IMG/VR virus record: IMGVR_UViG_3300028840_003366
Length of the DNA stretch: 64,000 nt
Source: an uncultured virus (IMG/VR IMGVR_UViG_3300028840_003366)
Lineage: Duplodnaviria > Heunggongvirae > Uroviricota > Caudoviricetes
Direction: 5' to 3' (one strand)
The position numbers and the translations under genes were made by a program. Below the pieces are notes generated by a model. It was given only the letters and a program-made list of their open reading frames with translations. It had not been told where the DNA came from and ran no database searches. Below, piece by piece: positions 28,061 to 36,553 of this stretch (position 1 is the first letter of the stretch; every line of letters begins with the position of its first letter).

Positions 28061-28104
28061 ACCCTGATTCTGGGGTGGCAATGGGCCACCCCAGAAGGGT
28101 TTTT
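28061..28104 (+). terminator. Hairpin/terminator after the capsid gene
   Basis: TTCTGGGGTGGC-AATGG-GCCACCCCAGAA then GGGTTTTT. Confidence 0.7.
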
Positions 28105-28143
28105 GGCTGAACAGTTTGTGACTATTTTGGGAAGGAAAGTGCT

Positions 28144-28653
28144 ATGATGCGTTTCAAGTTGAAGTCCAAGGTCGGTAACCATACTGAGACAGACCCTAAA
28201 ACGGGTAATCCTGTCATTTACACTCCTGGTGATGTAGTTGAATCCGAATCAGACCTTGTAGCCCGTTTCCCGGACAAGTTTGAACGGGTGACTGTTGGCA
28301 ATGAAAAAGCAGCGGTAGTCCAAAGCACTGAAACACCTGAAGCTGAAAAGACACCGGTCCAGAAGGCTGCAGAGGAAGGTGCAAAAGACATCCAGCCTGA
28401 AGAGCCAGCAGAAGAGCCGAAAGAAGAGCCGAAAGAAGAGTCAAAGAAAAAGGTGCTCAAGAAAAAGAATCCTCTTGGCAAGGACGTGACTGAGAAATTC
28501 CCTTCAGCAGAAGAGCAAGAACTGAAAGTGTTCTACAAGAAGGGCAAAGGCTATTCGATCACTGAAGCTGGAGACACCTCCATTGCTTTGAATGAAAAGC
28601 CTCTCAAGAAATCCCAGATTGCCAAATTTGTAGAAGAGTATCTGGAAGGCTAG
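28144..28653 (+). CDS. Hypothetical virion-associated protein
   Basis: 169 aa after capsid gene; EEPK repeats. Confidence 0.6.
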   Translation: MMRFKLKSKVGNHTETDPKTGNPVIYTPGDVVESESDLVARFPDKFERVTVGNEKAAVVQSTETPEAEKTPVQKAAEEGAKDIQPEEPAEEPKEEPKEESKKKVLKKKNPLGKDVTEKFPSAEEQELKVFYKKGKGYSITEAGDTSIALNEKPLKKSQIAKFVEEYLEG

Positions 28654-28662
28654 GAATAAGCA

Positions 28663-29313
28663 GTGGCAGACGGGTGGTTGCCTGAACCTATCTGGAAAGA
28701 TGAGCCCTGCTACGTTGTAGGTGGTGGTTCATCTCTTGAGAACTTTCCTTGGGAGAGTTTGAGAGGACAGAATGTGATTGGTTGTAATGCAGCCTTCTAC
28801 ATAGGTGCAGATATTGTCCCTGTGATGCTATTTGGTGATGGGGCTTTTCTGAAAAGACACCGTTCAGGCCTTGACAAATATGCAGCTGATGGAGGTATGG
28901 TAATCACCTGTTCACAAGCTGCCATTGACCGTTTTGATCCTCCGGCCTATCTTAAGAGGATGGCAAGGGGGCAAGAAGGTCTTGCAGTGGATGGTCTGGG
29001 ATGGAACAGGAACACTGGAGCAGCAGCCATCAATCTGGCTCTGTTGTTTGGTGCCAGTATGGTCTATCTTTTGGGATTCGATATGCAATTGATAGATGGA
29101 AAAAAGAATTTCCACAATGCATACAACGACACTCCCAATGCTCAAGCCTATGAACGTTTCAATCGTGGAATGAATCATGTGGTGAGGGATTTGGCCCGTT
29201 TGTTTTCCGGAAGAAAGGTTATCAATCTGGAAGATGGTACCAGTGTTCTGAATGTGTTTCCAAAGATGAGTTTGAAATCTCATTTGGCTGATTTGAAGGA
29301 GGTAGTGGCGTGA
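28663..29313 (+). CDS. Maf/DUF115 (MptE-like, sialyltransferase-related fold) putative glycosyltransferase
   Basis: VVGGGSSL, VIGCN, NTGAAAINLA..GA..VYLLGFDM. Confidence 0.7.
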   Translation: MADGWLPEPIWKDEPCYVVGGGSSLENFPWESLRGQNVIGCNAAFYIGADIVPVMLFGDGAFLKRHRSGLDKYAADGGMVITCSQAAIDRFDPPAYLKRMARGQEGLAVDGLGWNRNTGAAAINLALLFGASMVYLLGFDMQLIDGKKNFHNAYNDTPNAQAYERFNRGMNHVVRDLARLFSGRKVINLEDGTSVLNVFPKMSLKSHLADLKEVVA

Positions 29314-29861
29314 AAAAGATTATGGTGTTGATTGTAATGTTGTTCTTTTCGATAGGGTGTTTTGTTTCTGGCGATGAGCCTATCCCTGAACCTATCGGTG
29401 AACAGCCTGTGATTGAGGCTGTTTCTGAGGAAATACCTGCTTCAGCAGTGATTGAGACGGAAAAAGCTGAGGAAATAGCCTCAGAAGACGCCGTAGAAAG
29501 CTCAAAATCGGGTTCTACGGGCATTTCATTCGGAAAAGGTATATGGACCTTTCTGAATAGCTCTTTGGGCGTCTCAATCGTTGTTTTCGTGTTGTCTTTC
29601 ATCTTAGGAAAGATATTCACGGCCAAGCCGAAGTGGAAAGCCCTCATGCTGAAATATGGGCCTTCCCTTATGCAAGCTGTCAAGACTGCGGAGAAGAATA
29701 TACCAGACGATACAGACAATAAAGGCCTGGCTCGTTTGGATGCTGCTCTTGGTTACTTGATTGCTTTGGAACCGAAGTTGGAGAAGGTGGCTGAAGCTGA
29801 TGTGAAGCAAGCTCTTTCTGCGGTTCATGCAGCGGCTGAATCGAATGGGAACCTGAAGTGA
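29310..29861 (+). CDS. Membrane protein, holin-like
   Basis: Signal/TM segments; QAVKTAEK.IPDDTDNKGLARLD. Confidence 0.55.
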   Translation: MKKIMVLIVMLFFSIGCFVSGDEPIPEPIGEQPVIEAVSEEIPASAVIETEKAEEIASEDAVESSKSGSTGISFGKGIWTFLNSSLGVSIVVFVLSFILGKIFTAKPKWKALMLKYGPSLMQAVKTAEKNIPDDTDNKGLARLDAALGYLIALEPKLEKVAEADVKQALSAVHAAAESNGNLK

Positions 29862-29998
29862 AGTGGTTGATTGAGTTGATAAAGGCTTTTTTTTCAGTCT
29901 GCATGGAAAACCCTATTGAAGTCAAAGAGGAGATGAAGGATGTCGGGCACAAAGCTCTTGAGAATCCTGACAGTATTTTCTCTAGCCACGATTGGTAG
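29858..29998 (+). CDS. Small membrane-anchored protein (possible i-spanin partner)
   Basis: Read manually: GTG overlapping the upstream stop; MKWLIELIKAFF, 46 aa. Confidence 0.4.
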   Translation: MKWLIELIKAFFSVCMENPIEVKEEMKDVGHKALENPDSIFSSHDW

Positions 29999-30233
29999 TG
30001 GTTGCGTTCTGCAACCCATTACTGAGATCAGGAGAGAGTTCAATATTGTTGACTATGATGCTCCGGCTTTGCGAATTGGGAAACCAGTCAAGGCAGAACT
30101 GTGGCAGAAGAATCCAGAGACTGGAAAATGGGAACCGATAGGTGAAGGCACCATTCCTGCGGGAGCCTATATCAAAGGGAGGGCACCAGCTAACAAAAAG
30201 ATTGAGGATGTTTTGAAAGAGGAGGAGGACTGA
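29940..30233 (+). CDS. Lipoprotein (possible o-spanin)
   Basis: Signal peptide ending in lipobox IGSGC. Confidence 0.55.
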   Translation: MSGTKLLRILTVFSLATIGSGCVLQPITEIRREFNIVDYDAPALRIGKPVKAELWQKNPETGKWEPIGEGTIPAGAYIKGRAPANKKIEDVLKEEED

Positions 30234-30637
30234 TGGTACGAATAACGGACGCTGATGTGAAAGCTCTTATTGACGTTGATGCGTCCATCAGCCTCACTCC
30301 TTTTATCAATGCAGCAAATGAACTGGTGACTGAATTATGTACTGATTCCGATTACACAGACACCAGACTTGAAATGATAGAGGCTTGGCTTGCAGCTCAT
30401 TTGTATTTGATGCGTGACCAAGCTGTTGCTTCTGAGAAAGCCGGGAGCGTGTCTGCTACTTATCAATACAAGATTGGTCTTTTTCTGCAGCAGACGAAGC
30501 AAGGCCAACAGGCTTTGCTATTGGACACTGCTGGAAATCTTGCAGCCTTGAGTAAGCGGATGGAAGATGGTGAAGCAGCGTCCATCAGCATTGACTGGTT
30601 GGGTGAAGACTACGATACAGAAGAGGATGATGACTAG
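30233..30637 (+). CDS. Head-tail adaptor
   Basis: IEAWLAAH, SEKAGSVSATY, TKQGQQALLLD. Confidence 0.75.
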   Translation: MVRITDADVKALIDVDASISLTPFINAANELVTELCTDSDYTDTRLEMIEAWLAAHLYLMRDQAVASEKAGSVSATYQYKIGLFLQQTKQGQQALLLDTAGNLAALSKRMEDGEAASISIDWLGEDYDTEEDDD

Positions 30638-30648
30638 GGGAATAACGT

Positions 30649-30999
30649 ATGTCAGATATTCAATCCCAAAGCGTAGAAAAATGTGCTGATCTGAGACAGA
30701 AATGTCAACGGGAAATTTTTGAGAAAATGGATAAGCAACATACGGTTCAAATGAATGCTATGTCTGATATCAAAGAGGAGATTGCCTTTAGGAAAGGTCG
30801 AGAGGAAGCATTGGCTGAGAATGTCCTGGCCAAGTACATGAAGAGAAATGGTAATGGAACTGCTTCTGTTCCCAATGCAGGTATTTCTTCAGACACCAGA
30901 GAAATACTGATCAAGATTCTGATTAACTGGGGGCCATGGATTGGATTGGCTCTGATACTTGGTGTTGGTTCAATTTTGAAGTCAAAAGGTTGGTTGTAA
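30649..30999 (+). CDS. Coiled-coil protein with C-terminal TM segment
   Basis: WGPWIGLALILGVG. Confidence 0.55.
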   Translation: MSDIQSQSVEKCADLRQKCQREIFEKMDKQHTVQMNAMSDIKEEIAFRKGREEALAENVLAKYMKRNGNGTASVPNAGISSDTREILIKILINWGPWIGLALILGVGSILKSKGWL

Positions 31000-31033
31000 T
31001 TGTTTATGACAGATTTGTCGAAGGAGATGTGAG

Positions 31034-31621
31034 ATGAAAATGGAACGTGATTTTCTGAAGGATAGAATTCGTCAGCAAGTTGCTGCTGAGCGAGCAGCAC
31101 TTGAAAGCATGGGACTGTCAGGGAAGAGTGGAGCATATCTGCTCTTCGATAAGGATGGCCAGCTGAAGCAGAGTGGCCGTATTGACAACCTGGTTGTGGA
31201 TGAAGGTGATGATTACCTGGTTGACCAGCTTGCCTCAAGTCCTGCCATTGGTGCGATGGATTGTATAGTCCTTGGAACGGGCTATTCCTCAATCACAAAG
31301 GGTGATGTGTGGGTGACCACCGGCTTTGCTGGTAATGGTCATGACACCATTGGCGAAGGTGGTCTTGATACGGGTTTCCCGAAAATCAAACCCAGCAGTG
31401 GTAATGAGAATATCCTGCAGTTTCAGGCTACATTCAATGCTGGTTATGCCACGCAGAATGGGATTGATGAAGCGATCATTTCCAATGTCAATCCTGATGG
31501 CTCAGGTGGTGATCCCGGAAGCTCCACCATTCTTGCACACGGCCAGTTGACTCCTGAGGTCAACAAGGGTGCTTCTGACTCACTCGTGGTTGTTTGGGAA
31601 ATCACGTTCCTTGGTGCTTAA
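31034..31621 (+). CDS. Virion structural protein
   Basis: NLVVDEG, LGTG, VNKGASDSLVVVWEITF resemble fibre-associated structural proteins. Confidence 0.6.
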   Translation: MKMERDFLKDRIRQQVAAERAALESMGLSGKSGAYLLFDKDGQLKQSGRIDNLVVDEGDDYLVDQLASSPAIGAMDCIVLGTGYSSITKGDVWVTTGFAGNGHDTIGEGGLDTGFPKIKPSSGNENILQFQATFNAGYATQNGIDEAIISNVNPDGSGGDPGSSTILAHGQLTPEVNKGASDSLVVVWEITFLGA

Positions 31622-31637
31622 TTGAAGGAAGGCAAGA

Positions 31638-33236
31638 ATGCCTGAAACAATAGATTCTGTCCTGACCGAAGTCAACGACACCCGGAAGGACTGGACTGAC
31701 AAGGAATGGGAAGCAGAGACCTTTGACCGGGGACTGCATCATAAGTTTGATAAGCAGTTGGTTGACGCAAAGGAAGCTCTACTTGAAAATCTCAATCAGA
31801 TCATTGAGTCCATTTCCAATCCTGAGATGTGGGGTGGTTCTGCTGAGCAGCTGATTGTCCTGACTGAAAGACGTGGTAGGATAAAAGAAAAGATTGTTGC
31901 GGTTGACAAAGAGCAGGAACTTAGAGCAGCAGGAGCCAAGAGAACACCTGTTGGCACCACCTATTACATTGACTATGGATCAGGTAATGATGCCAATGAT
32001 GGATTGTCAACCGGGAATGCCTGGAAAACCATCAACAAATACACCTCAGTGACAGTCAGAAGTCCGGGAGATATTGCGAAGCTCCGGGCGAATGTGGTCT
32101 GGGATCAAGGTGCGAGTGGAGAAAACAAACGGATTGACTATGATGAGAATGGTCTGTATACAAATTACATCACCATGAAGGGCTGTGACTCGGTTGATGA
32201 TCCGTGGAGTGATGGATCAGATGTTCATCCAATAATTGATTTCAATGGTGAGGCATATAATCTCTATATGGGTGGTCGGTCTTATTGGCATCATGAACAG
32301 ATTGATGTTACAGGCGGCTCCAATACCTCCCAAGGCCAAATCTATTTTTCATTTTCTACAGCCAATAAATTCACCTCTTGCAAAATCTATGATGGCGGAG
32401 GAAATTATGGTGTTTCCTTCAACTCTTCATTAGGTTCAGAATGGGTTGATTGTGAGTTTGAGGATAGTGGAACAACCCAGATTGTTTCTGTTTCTTCATT
32501 TCCTTATTTCCTGCGGTGTTCATTTGATGGTGGATCAACGCCAGCAGAGACAGCTCTGCTGATACGGGATGGTTGTTTATTGGAGGATTGTGAATTTGGA
32601 GTCAATTCTCAGCATAGTGTCAGGACAATATATCATCTGCCGATGTCAGGAATCATCTATGCTAGGAATTGCAAGTTTAATGATGCTACTTTATATCAAC
32701 GTGGCTCTTCATATATTCATTATCCTGGTGCTTTTGTTTCAGAGGATCATGATCAGGTCTATGGAGCTCATATGACAATAGTGCCTTGGGGCACTGTTGA
32801 AAAGGATACCACGATAGTACGGAGTGGTGGGGCTGGTTCATCAGCTAAGATAACTGACCTTCAAGTTCCAATATCTTCAGTCAATCCGTTTAGACTCGGA
32901 TACAATGCTTTTCTTGAAGCCTTCCGGGTTTGGTGTACTGCCAATGTGGCTCATACCGTGACAGTCTATATCAGGGCAAACTCCGCATGGAGCACCTATC
33001 CAACAGCGGCTGAATTGTATGTGGATGCTAGCTATTATGATAATGCATCTGATACAACCCGTTCCCGGTCAACTGCATCCACTCAGGTTCTGTCTGATGG
33101 ATCAACCTGGGTTGCTTTCACTACCACCTTCACTCCGCTGAGGGATGGATGGGCGTTTGTGAATGTGACTCTCAGTTTGCGTGAAGCAGGCAATGCTATC
33201 AATGTTGACATTCAACCGATTGTGACTACAGCATGA
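31638..33236 (+). CDS. Beta-helix (pectin-lyase-like) spike/appendage protein
   Basis: TTYYID..GNDANDGLSTGNAWKTI followed by repeated C.F/I strands. Confidence 0.65.
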   Translation: MPETIDSVLTEVNDTRKDWTDKEWEAETFDRGLHHKFDKQLVDAKEALLENLNQIIESISNPEMWGGSAEQLIVLTERRGRIKEKIVAVDKEQELRAAGAKRTPVGTTYYIDYGSGNDANDGLSTGNAWKTINKYTSVTVRSPGDIAKLRANVVWDQGASGENKRIDYDENGLYTNYITMKGCDSVDDPWSDGSDVHPIIDFNGEAYNLYMGGRSYWHHEQIDVTGGSNTSQGQIYFSFSTANKFTSCKIYDGGGNYGVSFNSSLGSEWVDCEFEDSGTTQIVSVSSFPYFLRCSFDGGSTPAETALLIRDGCLLEDCEFGVNSQHSVRTIYHLPMSGIIYARNCKFNDATLYQRGSSYIHYPGAFVSEDHDQVYGAHMTIVPWGTVEKDTTIVRSGGAGSSAKITDLQVPISSVNPFRLGYNAFLEAFRVWCTANVAHTVTVYIRANSAWSTYPTAAELYVDASYYDNASDTTRSRSTASTQVLSDGSTWVAFTTTFTPLRDGWAFVNVTLSLREAGNAINVDIQPIVTTA

Positions 33237-34420
33237 TAACACGTCAAGAATGGTTGCTTGGTACTCCAGTACAAACGCAGAATTACAACTATCAATGGGT
33301 GCTTGGTGAGCCTCAAGGAATTCTGAGTGCTGGAGAAAACTTTACTGATACCCAGGCTGACAATGAGGGGATTACTGACACTATTGATGCGGCTGAAGCA
33401 TATTCCCGTTCCATTTCTGATAATGAAGGTCTGACTGATACGGTAGATGCAGGAGAGGTCTACAACAGAGCAATTGCCGATAATGAAGGACTGGCTGATA
33501 GTGTAGATGCCGGGGAGGTCTACAATAGAACGGTTGCTGATGATGAAGGTTTGGTTGATTCAGTTGACCGTGACGTTGCTGCAATCCGCACCCAGATAGA
33601 TTCGGAAGTTATCAATGACATCATTGATGCTGCTGAAGCATATAGCCGCTCACTCGCTGACAACGAAGGTCTGGTTGACTCTGTAGATGCAGGAGAGGTT
33701 TATGAGCGTTCTATATCCGATTCAGAAGGACTGACTGACTCTGTAGATGCAGGGGAAGTGTATGAGCGTTCTGTATCTGACTCAGAAGGTCTGACTGATT
33801 CACTTGATGCAGGGGAAATATACAGCAGACTGATAGCTGATCTGGAAAATCTCAGTGATGCTATAGCAACCAGCAAGGCAATCAACCGCTCCATAGCTGA
33901 TGATGAAGGCTTGACTGATTCATTAGATGCGGGAGAGGTTTATGATCGTGTTGTGTCTGATTCTTTGGGAATCAGTGATGCTGTTTTTCCATACGTGGTT
34001 TTCAACTATCTGATCCAAGAATCAGAAGGCATTTCTGACAGAATACGTGACCCAATTGTAGTACCAGAGGATAATGTTCGGGTGGCTGAAAAAGCCATGA
34101 AGCAGAAAGGAGTCTATTGGGCATTGGATTCTCTGGATAGGTTTGGCAAGCCTACTTGGGAAGAGCCGATTGAAATTGACCTCAGATGGGAGGATGTTCA
34201 GAAGGAAGTCATCACTGCGAATGGTGATAGAGTTATGTCCAAAGCCTATCTGATTGTTGATCGTGATTTGACAATCAAAGGTGTTCTGTGGTTGGGTACG
34301 TTGGATGAAGTGATTCATTACAGCAATCCAAAAGACAATGACAATGCCTGGGAGATTCTGCAGTTCCAGAAGATGACAGATTTCAAGGGCCGGAAGTATT
34401 TGCGTGAGGTATATCTGTAA
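33233..34420 (+). CDS. 20-aa-repeat fibre domain fused to a head-closure-like domain
   Basis: About 11 repeats like DSEGLTDSVDAGEVYERSIS; C-terminal VYW...DRFGKP...RWED...SKA. Confidence 0.7.
   Translation: MITRQEWLLGTPVQTQNYNYQWVLGEPQGILSAGENFTDTQADNEGITDTIDAAEAYSRSISDNEGLTDTVDAGEVYNRAIADNEGLADSVDAGEVYNRTVADDEGLVDSVDRDVAAIRTQIDSEVINDIIDAAEAYSRSLADNEGLVDSVDAGEVYERSISDSEGLTDSVDAGEVYERSVSDSEGLTDSLDAGEIYSRLIADLENLSDAIATSKAINRSIADDEGLTDSLDAGEVYDRVVSDSLGISDAVFPYVVFNYLIQESEGISDRIRDPIVVPEDNVRVAEKAMKQKGVYWALDSLDRFGKPTWEEPIEIDLRWEDVQKEVITANGDRVMSKAYLIVDRDLTIKGVLWLGTLDEVIHYSNPKDNDNAWEILQFQKMTDFKGRKYLREVYL
33345..34040 (+). repeat. Degenerate 60-bp tandem repeat array (coding)
   Basis: Consecutive 60-nt stretches at 33661, 33721 and 33781 are near-identical; boundaries approximate. 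Confidence 0.8.
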
Positions 34421-34866
34421 TGGTACAGATGGTCAAAGTCACAGGTGCCAAAGAGATCATAAAACGTTTGCAACAGGCAAATGTGCAGCTTGGCAGTGAT
34501 GTTGAAAGAGGCCTGAAGAAAGCAGGTCTGTTTCTCCAGCGCAAAAGCCAGGAGATTGTACCTGTTCAATCGGGCAATTTGAAGGATTCAGCTGGTACGA
34601 AGGCTCTGGGCTCTGGTTGGTTCACGGATGTGATTGTCTATTATACAGCTTTGTATGCTGTTTATGTTCATGAGAGAACTGATTTGGCTCATGGTGTTGA
34701 ATTCAATATCAAGCATGCTGAAGAAATTGCAACAGCTCACACAAAGGCTCAGAAAAAAATATGGTTCAACAGAGGAGAAAATCAACAGGCCAAGTTTCTG
34801 GAAAGGCCTGCAAGGGAACATCGTTTGGCAATATTGGCAATCATTGCTGGTGAGGCATCAATATAA
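34420..34866 (+). CDS. HK97 gp10-like neck/tail completion protein
   Basis: VPVQSGNLKDS, YAVYVHE, AKFLERP. Confidence 0.8.
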   Translation: MVQMVKVTGAKEIIKRLQQANVQLGSDVERGLKKAGLFLQRKSQEIVPVQSGNLKDSAGTKALGSGWFTDVIVYYTALYAVYVHERTDLAHGVEFNIKHAEEIATAHTKAQKKIWFNRGENQQAKFLERPAREHRLAILAIIAGEASI

Positions 34867-35306
34867 TGGACCATTCTCCAGCTTACATCATAGTTGAGTA
34901 CCTGATAGGGGAAGGCTTGCTGTCTGATCCTACTGTTGGTGGTGAGTGGCCTGTGTATGTAGGACTGTTGCCGGATGATGATGACGTGGTCAATGATATA
35001 GTTGGGTGCATGGATACCCCTTCGTTGAAAGATGGCCGTCTCATGAATACGGGAGAGAACATTTTTCATAAAGGGGTTCAGTTATTGTTGCGTGCTGAAG
35101 TGTACAATACTGGTTATGAAAAGGCCCAGGCACTTGCAACAGCATTGGAGGGAGTGAGCAGAGAACAAAAAGTGATAGGATCAAAGACATATCAGATTGA
35201 TAATGTTTCCCAGACTACTGGAATAGTGGTATTGGGACAAGAGGAAGGCTCCAAACGTAGGGAGCTTTTCAGTGTTAATTTTCTAACCACTCTGAAGGAG
35301 GTATGA
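34866..35306 (+). CDS. Tail terminator protein
   Basis: Position; VQLLLR, RELFSVNF. Confidence 0.7.
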   Translation: MDHSPAYIIVEYLIGEGLLSDPTVGGEWPVYVGLLPDDDDVVNDIVGCMDTPSLKDGRLMNTGENIFHKGVQLLLRAEVYNTGYEKAQALATALEGVSREQKVIGSKTYQIDNVSQTTGIVVLGQEEGSKRRELFSVNFLTTLKEV

Positions 35307-35307
35307 G

Positions 35308-35733
35308 ATGTCCAGATTGGATGATGGTTTCCCGACACTGATTGAGTTTGCTGAGGACAGTGCTGTTTCGTTCTGGGAAAAGGAGGTGACCCCTCCTGGT
35401 ATGGATGGTGGTGGTGAGAATGATACCTCCACGATGCGGAACACAACGTGGCGTACCAAGGCTCCGAAAGGCCTTGTATCGCTGACGGAAGCATCCCTGA
35501 CGGCAGCTTATGACCCGGAAGTGTATGATAGCGTTGTGGCCATGGTCAATGTGAATCAGTTGATCACCATCACGTTTTCTGATGGAGCAACACTGGCATT
35601 CTGGGGATGGCTCAATGAGTTCACTCCTGGTGCGGTTGTTGAAGGTGAGCAGCCCACTGCGGATGTGACTATCATTGCATCCAACCAGAATGCAGATGGT
35701 GTTGAGACGGCTCCGGTATACACTGCTCCGTGA
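35308..35733 (+). CDS. Major tail tube protein
   Basis: VTPPGMDGG..DTSTM, ITITFSDGATLAFWG; precedes the chaperone and tape measure genes. Confidence 0.8.
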   Translation: MSRLDDGFPTLIEFAEDSAVSFWEKEVTPPGMDGGGENDTSTMRNTTWRTKAPKGLVSLTEASLTAAYDPEVYDSVVAMVNVNQLITITFSDGATLAFWGWLNEFTPGAVVEGEQPTADVTIIASNQNADGVETAPVYTAP

Positions 35734-35810
35734 TCGAAGAAATGAGAGTGGGAGGGGGCATTGGGCTCCCTCCCAAAAATGGCTGAACAATTGTTTGGGA
35801 AGGAATTGAG

Positions 35811-36170
35811 ATGGATGCATTGAGATTGTCGGTTGATTTGAAACAGCTTCCTGTTGTCCTTCAGGACTCTGCAGGAGTTGAGCGTCAGTGCATGCTAAAG
35901 GAGTTGATTGGTCGTGATAGAAACGGCTATCTCAGCAAGCTGACTGCCCGTATGAAGGTGGACAAAAATGGGAAGGCTACTGGAGTCAAGAGCTTTGACG
36001 GATTCCAGGCTGACCTTCTCACTCTTTGTTTCTACGATGAAAACAATGAGTTGTTTTCCAAGGAAGACATTGAAGAGCTTCCTTCATCTACCCAGCAAAT
36101 GCTCTTTGATAAGGCTCAGGAACTTAGTGAGCTGAATATTGAGGCTGGGGAGCAAGAGGGAAACGACTAG
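35811..36170 (+). CDS. Tail assembly chaperone (gpG-like)
   Basis: Position; ends at slippery GGGAAAC. Confidence 0.8.
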   Translation: MDALRLSVDLKQLPVVLQDSAGVERQCMLKELIGRDRNGYLSKLTARMKVDKNGKATGVKSFDGFQADLLTLCFYDENNELFSKEDIEELPSSTQQMLFDKAQELSELNIEAGEQEGND

Positions 36171-36553
36171 AGGGGGAGGAGCTGGCATGGTTTCGTGTAG
36201 CTTCTCACTTGGGCCGGACAGTTCAGGAGGCTCAAGCAACCCTGACATCAATGGAATTCCTGAAGTGGGTTTGGTTTCTGGATTGGAAAGCTACAAAGGA
36301 ATTCAGACGTGAGGACTATTACATGGCTAATATAGCAGCTTGTGTTGAGCGTGGTCATGTAAAAAAGCCAAAAGCAGTCACGCTGGAAAAGATGCTGTTG
36401 AAATTCTCTTCAAAGAAGGAATTGGAAACAGCAGAAAACAAACTCCAGAAATCCAAATCATTCTGGATGGGCTTTGCAGGTCTCATTGGAAAGAAAGATA
36501 AAGCAAAGAAGAGACCATTGCCAAGGAAAGTGAAAATGAAAGGGAATAAATAG
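36158..36553 (+). CDS. Tail assembly chaperone extension (gpGT-like) via -1 frameshift at GGGAAAC (36158-36164)
   Basis: -1 frame open from the slippery site: KRLEGEELAWFRVASHLGRTVQE... Confidence 0.8.
   Translation, partial: GKRLEGEELAWFRVASHLGRTVQEAQATLTSMEFLKWVWFLDWKATKEFRREDYYMANIAACVERGHVKKPKAVTLEKMLLKFSSKKELETAENKLQKSKSFWMGFAGLIGKKDKAKKRPLPRKVKMKGNK

Noticed and set aside
33345..34040. CRISPR array or DGR-like repeats
   Set aside because: Degenerate in-frame 60-bp coding repeats without unique spacers; no cas or reverse transcriptase gene seen
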